DNA of 32,000 nt from Cupriavidus necator (lineage in GTDB: Bacteria; Pseudomonadota; Gammaproteobacteria; Burkholderiales; Burkholderiaceae), in contig NZ_CP066019.1 in the NCBI RefSeq assembly GCF_016127575.1, positions 2,190,001-2,222,000 on the forward strand. The letters are read 5' to 3'. Shown piece after piece: positions 26,412 to 32,000 of this stretch. How positions within the stretch are numbered: position 1 is the stretch's first letter; every line of letters starts with the position of its first letter. Position numbers and translations under genes: made by a program. The notes under the pieces were generated by a model that saw only the letters and a program-made list of their open reading frames with translations, did no database searches and had not been told where the DNA came from.

Positions 26412-27443
26412 ATGAAAGCACTGCAAGGAAAAACCGGCTGGACGCTGCTGCTTGCGGCGGCCATCGCCTTCCCGCTGATCACGCCCAACAGCTACTACCT
26501 GACCGTGATGACGCTGGCCTTCATCTATGCCATCGCCACGCTCGGGCTGAACCTGATCACCGGCTACACCGGGCAACTGAACCTGGCCCATGGCGGCTTC
26601 ATGGCCATCGGCGCCTATACGCTGGGCATCCTGACGGTGGACCACCAGGTGCCGTTCTGGCTGGCCTTCGTGCTGGCCGGCGTGATCTGCATGGTGCTGG
26701 GCTATGTGATCGGCGTTGTGTCGCTGCGCCTGAAGGGCCATTACTTCTCGATCTTCACCATGTGCGTGGGCTACATCATCTACCTGCTGATCGAGAAGTG
26801 GGAAAGCCTGACGCATGGCACGGTGGGCCTGATCGGAATCCCGGTGCCGGCCGCGATCGGGCCGCTCAGCTTCGACAGCGTGCAGGCGCAGTACTACCTG
26901 GTGCTGTTCTTCCTGGCGGTCGGCACCTTCCTGATGCACCGCATCGTCACCTCGCTGCTGGGCCGCAGTTTCATGGCGGTTCGCAACAGCGACGCCCTGG
27001 CCGAGGCCCTGGGCATCAACCTGATGCGCACCAAGGTGCTGTCGTTCGTGCTGTCGGTGGGCTACGCCGGCTTTGCCGGTGCGCTGTACGCCGGGCAGGT
27101 GCGCTTCCTGGGGCCGGATATCGCGCGCACCGACCTGACCTTCGACATGGTGATGTCGATGCTGGTAGGCGGCATCGGCACCATCTTCGGGCCGCTGCTG
27201 GGCGCGGTGCTGGTGCCGTGGATCACGCAGTCGCTGCAGTTCATGCAGGACTACCGCATGCTGGTGTTCGGCCCGGTGCTGATCCTGCTGATCATCTTCG
27301 TGCCGGACGGCATCGTGGGTTCCTGGCTGAAGAAGCACGCACGCAAGGCCGCGGCCGAACGGCGCGGCAAGCTGGCGGCGCAGTTCCCTGCACAACCCGT
27401 CACCGCTGTCCCGACCACCCGCGCCGGAGCCGACCATGCTTGA
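26412..27443 (+). CDS. Branched-chain amino acid ABC transporter permease, LivM-like (second system)
   Basis: The ATG at 26412 follows GAGGAGC. MKALQGKTGWTLLLAAAIAFPLI..., LGLNLITGYTGQLNLAHGGFMAIGAYT and MLVGGIGTIFGP are LivM motifs. Confidence 0.9.
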   Translation: MKALQGKTGWTLLLAAAIAFPLITPNSYYLTVMTLAFIYAIATLGLNLITGYTGQLNLAHGGFMAIGAYTLGILTVDHQVPFWLAFVLAGVICMVLGYVIGVVSLRLKGHYFSIFTMCVGYIIYLLIEKWESLTHGTVGLIGIPVPAAIGPLSFDSVQAQYYLVLFFLAVGTFLMHRIVTSLLGRSFMAVRNSDALAEALGINLMRTKVLSFVLSVGYAGFAGALYAGQVRFLGPDIARTDLTFDMVMSMLVGGIGTIFGPLLGAVLVPWITQSLQFMQDYRMLVFGPVLILLIIFVPDGIVGSWLKKHARKAAAERRGKLAAQFPAQPVTAVPTTRAGADHA

Positions 27444-28200
27444 GATCCGCAACCTGACCAAGAAATTCGGCGGCCTGACCGCGGTGCACGATGTCTCGGT
27501 GACCTTCGAGCCAGGCCATATCAACGCCATCATCGGCCCCAACGGCGCTGGCAAGACCACCTTCTTCAACCTGGTGGCGGGCACGCATGCGCCCAGCTCC
27601 GGCCAGATCCTGTTCAAGGGCGAGGACGTGGCCGGCCTGCGCGCCGACCAGATCGCGCGCCTGGGCGTGGCCCGCACCTTCCAGGCCACGGCGCTGTTCG
27701 ACCGCGCCACGGTGCTCGACAACCTGATCGTCGGCCACCGCCTGCGCACCCACTCGGGCCTGCGCGACGTGCTGTTCAGCACGCGCCGCCTGCGCGAGGA
27801 AGAGCGCTTGTGCCGCGACAAGGCCGAAGCGGCGCTGGACTTCGTCGGGCTGTCGCACCTGGCGCATGAGGTCGCCGCCGATATCACGCAAGAGGCGCGC
27901 AAACGGGTGGCCTTTGCGCTGGCGCTGGCGACCGACCCGGAACTGCTGCTGCTCGACGAACCCGCTGGCGGCGTGAACCCGGAAGAGACCGTGGGCCTGG
28001 CCGAGCTGATCCGCAAGATGGTGCGCCATGGCAAGACGGTCTGCCTGATCGAACACAAGATGGACATGATCATGCGCCTGGCAGACAAGATCATGGTGCT
28101 GAACTACGGCGAGAAGATTGCCGAAGGCACGCCCGCGCAGATCCAGCAGGATCCGCATGTCATCGAGGCCTACCTGGGAGCCGACCATGTTGCAGCTTGA
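27436..28200 (+). CDS. ABC transporter ATP-binding protein, LivG-like (second system), with a degenerate signature motif
   Basis: The frame begins [19 protein letters not shown]. It has Walker [10 protein letters not shown], Walker B LLLLDEP and an H-loop IEHKM. The signature position reads DITQEARKR. It overlaps the permease stop by 8 nt. Confidence 0.9.
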   Translation: MLEIRNLTKKFGGLTAVHDVSVTFEPGHINAIIGPNGAGKTTFFNLVAGTHAPSSGQILFKGEDVAGLRADQIARLGVARTFQATALFDRATVLDNLIVGHRLRTHSGLRDVLFSTRRLREEERLCRDKAEAALDFVGLSHLAHEVAADITQEARKRVAFALALATDPELLLLDEPAGGVNPEETVGLAELIRKMVRHGKTVCLIEHKMDMIMRLADKIMVLNYGEKIAEGTPAQIQQDPHVIEAYLGADHVAA

Positions 28201-28894
28201 ACGCGTCTCGCTGTCGTACGGCAGCTTCCGCGCCCTCGACAACATCACCCTGCACGCCGGCGCCGGCGAGCTGGTGGTGCTGCTGGGCGCCAACGGCGCC
28301 GGCAAGAGCTCGATCTTCCTGGCGATGAGCGCGATCCACCGCATCAGCGGTGGCAGCATGCGCTTCGATGGGCGCGAGCTGTCGGGCATGAAGCCGTCGC
28401 AGATCGTGCAGGCCGGGCTGGTGCACTGCCCGGAGGGCCGCAAGCTGTTCCCGGCGATGAGCGTGGAGAAGAACCTGGTGCTGGGCGCCTACGTGCACCG
28501 GCGCGATGGTGCGGGTATCCGCAAGACGCTGGAAGAGGTCTATGAACTGTTCCCGATCCTGCGGCAGAAGAAGGACGACCCGGCCGGCTCGCTGTCCGGC
28601 GGGCAGCAGCAGATGGTGGCGCTGGGCCGCGCCCTGATGAGCCGCCCGCGCGCGCTGTTGCTGGACGAGCCGTCGCTGGGGCTGGCGCCGCTGGTGGTCA
28701 AGCAGATGTTCGAGATCATCCAGCGCATCAACCGTGCCGGCACCACCGTGCTGCTGGCCGAGCAGAACGCCTACGCGGCGCTGGGCATCGCGCATCGCGC
28801 CTATGTGATCGAGAGCGGGCGCATCGTGATGGAGGGGGATCGGGATACGTTGCTGAAGGATGAGGGGATTCGGAAGGCGTATATCGGGGGGTAG
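28187..28894 (+). CDS. ABC transporter ATP-binding protein, LivF-like (second system)
   Basis: The ATG at 28187 gives [18 protein letters not shown]. It has Walker [10 protein letters not shown], a canonical LSGGQQQM signature and Walker [11 protein letters not shown]. It overlaps the LivG-like gene by 14 nt. Confidence 0.9.
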   Translation: MLQLERVSLSYGSFRALDNITLHAGAGELVVLLGANGAGKSSIFLAMSAIHRISGGSMRFDGRELSGMKPSQIVQAGLVHCPEGRKLFPAMSVEKNLVLGAYVHRRDGAGIRKTLEEVYELFPILRQKKDDPAGSLSGGQQQMVALGRALMSRPRALLLDEPSLGLAPLVVKQMFEIIQRINRAGTTVLLAEQNAYAALGIAHRAYVIESGRIVMEGDRDTLLKDEGIRKAYIGG

Positions 28895-28969
28895 GTTCAG
28901 AGGAGCCGGCCTCGCGACAGCAAAACACAACCAGACCTAGCAAGTGCAGTACTTTCAGGAGACATAGCA

Positions 28970-30142
28970 ATGCAAAGCAAGATCATGCGCCGTATCTTCC
29001 CGCTGGCCGCCAGCGCCGTGGCCGCCATGCTGGCCTCTGGCGCCGCATTGGCGCAGGAAGTGGTCAAGATCGGCTATACCGGCCCGCTGTCCGGCGGCGC
29101 CGCGCTGTATGGCAAGAACGTGCTGTCGGGCGTGCAGATGGCGGTGGACGAGATCAATGCATCCGGCCTGGAAGTCAAGGGCAAGAAGGTCAAGCTGGAG
29201 GTGGTGGCGCTGGACGACAAGTACTCGCCCGCCGAGGCCGCCATCAACGGCCGCCGCCTGGTGCAGCAGCACAAGACCCCGGCGGTGTTCGTCCCGCATT
29301 CGGGCGGCATCTTCGCGCTGCAGGCCTTCAATGAGCAGGAGAAATTCCTGGTGATGGCCTACTCCAGCGTGCCGCGCATCACCGACGCCGGCAACAAGCT
29401 GACCATCCGCATCCCGCCCGCGTACACGGGCTATATCGAGCCCTTCGTCAAGGCACAGATGAAGCGCTACGGCAAGAACGTGGCGCTGGCCCCGGCCGAC
29501 CACGACTACGCCAAGGCCTGGGTGCAGGCCTTCGTGCCGGCGTGGGAATCGGCCGGCGGCAAGGTGGTGGCCAACAACCCGATGTCGTACACCAAGGCCA
29601 CGGACTTCTACAGCGGCGTGTCGCGCGCGATGAGCGAGAAGCCGGACGTGATGTTCGTCGGCGGCCCGTCGGAACCGACCGCACTGGTGGTCAAGCAGGC
29701 GCGCGAACTGGGCTTCAAGGGCGGCTTTATCGTGATGGACCAGGCCAAGATGGACGAGATGGCCAAGGTCACCAACGGCCTGGGCATGCTCGAGGGTTCC
29801 ATCGGCGTGCTGCCGCTGGTCAACGACAGCCGCCCCGCCGCGCAGAACTTCAACGCCAAGTACAAGAAGCTGCATGACGGGCGCGATGCCACCACCGAGA
29901 TGTCGCTGAACTACACCATGGTGTACGCGCTGGCCGGTGCGATGAAGCTGGCCGGCACCACCAGCGACGCGGCAGCGATCCGGGCGAAGATGCCCGACGC
30001 GGTCAAGGGCCTGGCCAAGGAGGTCAACCCCAACGAAGTCGACGGCATCGACGCCAAGGGCGGTTCGATGGCCGACACCATCGTCGGCTGGGTGCAGAAC
30101 GGCAAGATTTCGCAGGTCCGGCTGTCGGAGCTGGCGAAGTAA
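28970..30142 (+). CDS. ABC transporter periplasmic substrate-binding protein, LivK-like (second system)
   Basis: The signal peptide is MQSKIMRRIFPLAASAVAAMLASGAALA|QE, followed by VVKIGYTGPLSGGAALYGKN. CAGGAGA precedes the ATG. Confidence 0.9.
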   Translation: MQSKIMRRIFPLAASAVAAMLASGAALAQEVVKIGYTGPLSGGAALYGKNVLSGVQMAVDEINASGLEVKGKKVKLEVVALDDKYSPAEAAINGRRLVQQHKTPAVFVPHSGGIFALQAFNEQEKFLVMAYSSVPRITDAGNKLTIRIPPAYTGYIEPFVKAQMKRYGKNVALAPADHDYAKAWVQAFVPAWESAGGKVVANNPMSYTKATDFYSGVSRAMSEKPDVMFVGGPSEPTALVVKQARELGFKGGFIVMDQAKMDEMAKVTNGLGMLEGSIGVLPLVNDSRPAAQNFNAKYKKLHDGRDATTEMSLNYTMVYALAGAMKLAGTTSDAAAIRAKMPDAVKGLAKEVNPNEVDGIDAKGGSMADTIVGWVQNGKISQVRLSELAK

Positions 30143-30182
30143 GCCAGGCCGCGACGGCGCCCGCGCGGCACCGCGCAAGAAC

Positions 30183-30219
30183 AAACCCCGGCAGGCCGCG
30201 AGGCCTGCCGGGGTTTCTG
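30183..30219. terminator. Bidirectional rho-independent terminator between convergent genes
   Basis: AAA-CCCCGGCAGGCC-gcga-GGCCTGCCGGGG-TTT: a perfect 12-bp GC stem (30186-30197 / 30202-30213). A-rich and T-rich flanks serve both strands. Confidence 0.85.
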
Positions 30220-30298
30220 CCTTCCGGGCTCCGTCAAGCGGGCCGTGCCACTGCCGGCGATCGCCGTCGCGCCCGTTGCGCGCCTCCATCTCGCCGCG

Positions 30299-32000
<1,702 letters not shown>

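Noticed and set aside
25391-30289. Series of long minus-strand ORFs (365, 589, 347, 256 and 444 aa) across the second liv operon
   Set aside because: All are antisense to strongly supported transporter genes and are Arg/His/Gly/Gln-rich with no motifs. They are shadow ORFs.

Overview
This is a high-GC (about 65-72% by hand counts on sample lines) Burkholderiaceae-like segment, Cupriavidus/Ralstonia style; taxon and family calls rest on recalled motifs, not a search. The left end has a vapBC toxin-antitoxin pair. Next comes a long plus-strand operon: a HAAT/Liv-type ABC importer (binding protein, two permeases, two ATPases), an amidase-signature enzyme and an M20 carbamoylase/allantoate-amidohydrolase-like enzyme, followed by an XRE-cupin regulator. 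From 9.4 to 14.8 kb lies an accessory stretch of small genes: two exported low-complexity proteins, two paralogous 67-79 aa proteins, EthD, a phasin, a low-GC islet with two orphan genes and cspA, and a glycine-zipper protein. After that come a class A PBP, a 770-bp gene-poor gap, a small lipoprotein, psuG and an orphan parA. From 20.5 to 25.5 kb is a plasticity zone. It holds three abutting gene remnants (porin 3' end, 5'-truncated adenine/adenosine deaminase, frameshifted LysR 3' end), a lower-GC islet with two convergent lipoprotein genes (an orphan 475 aa protein and a DUF900-like alpha/beta hydrolase), and 700 bp of non-coding DNA. A second Liv-type operon (permease, permease, ATPase, ATPase, binding protein) and a Gln/Arg-rich repeat protein with a 3 x 90-bp tandem repeat close the window. 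I saw no rRNA, tRNA, CRISPR array, transposase or integrase. I cannot demonstrate a clear-cut novel multi-gene system. The best candidates are the two-lipoprotein islet at 21.8-24.8 kb and the exported Trp/Arg/acidic repeat proteins at 9.45-10.4 kb. Many long ORFs in the track are antisense shadow ORFs typical of high-GC DNA.
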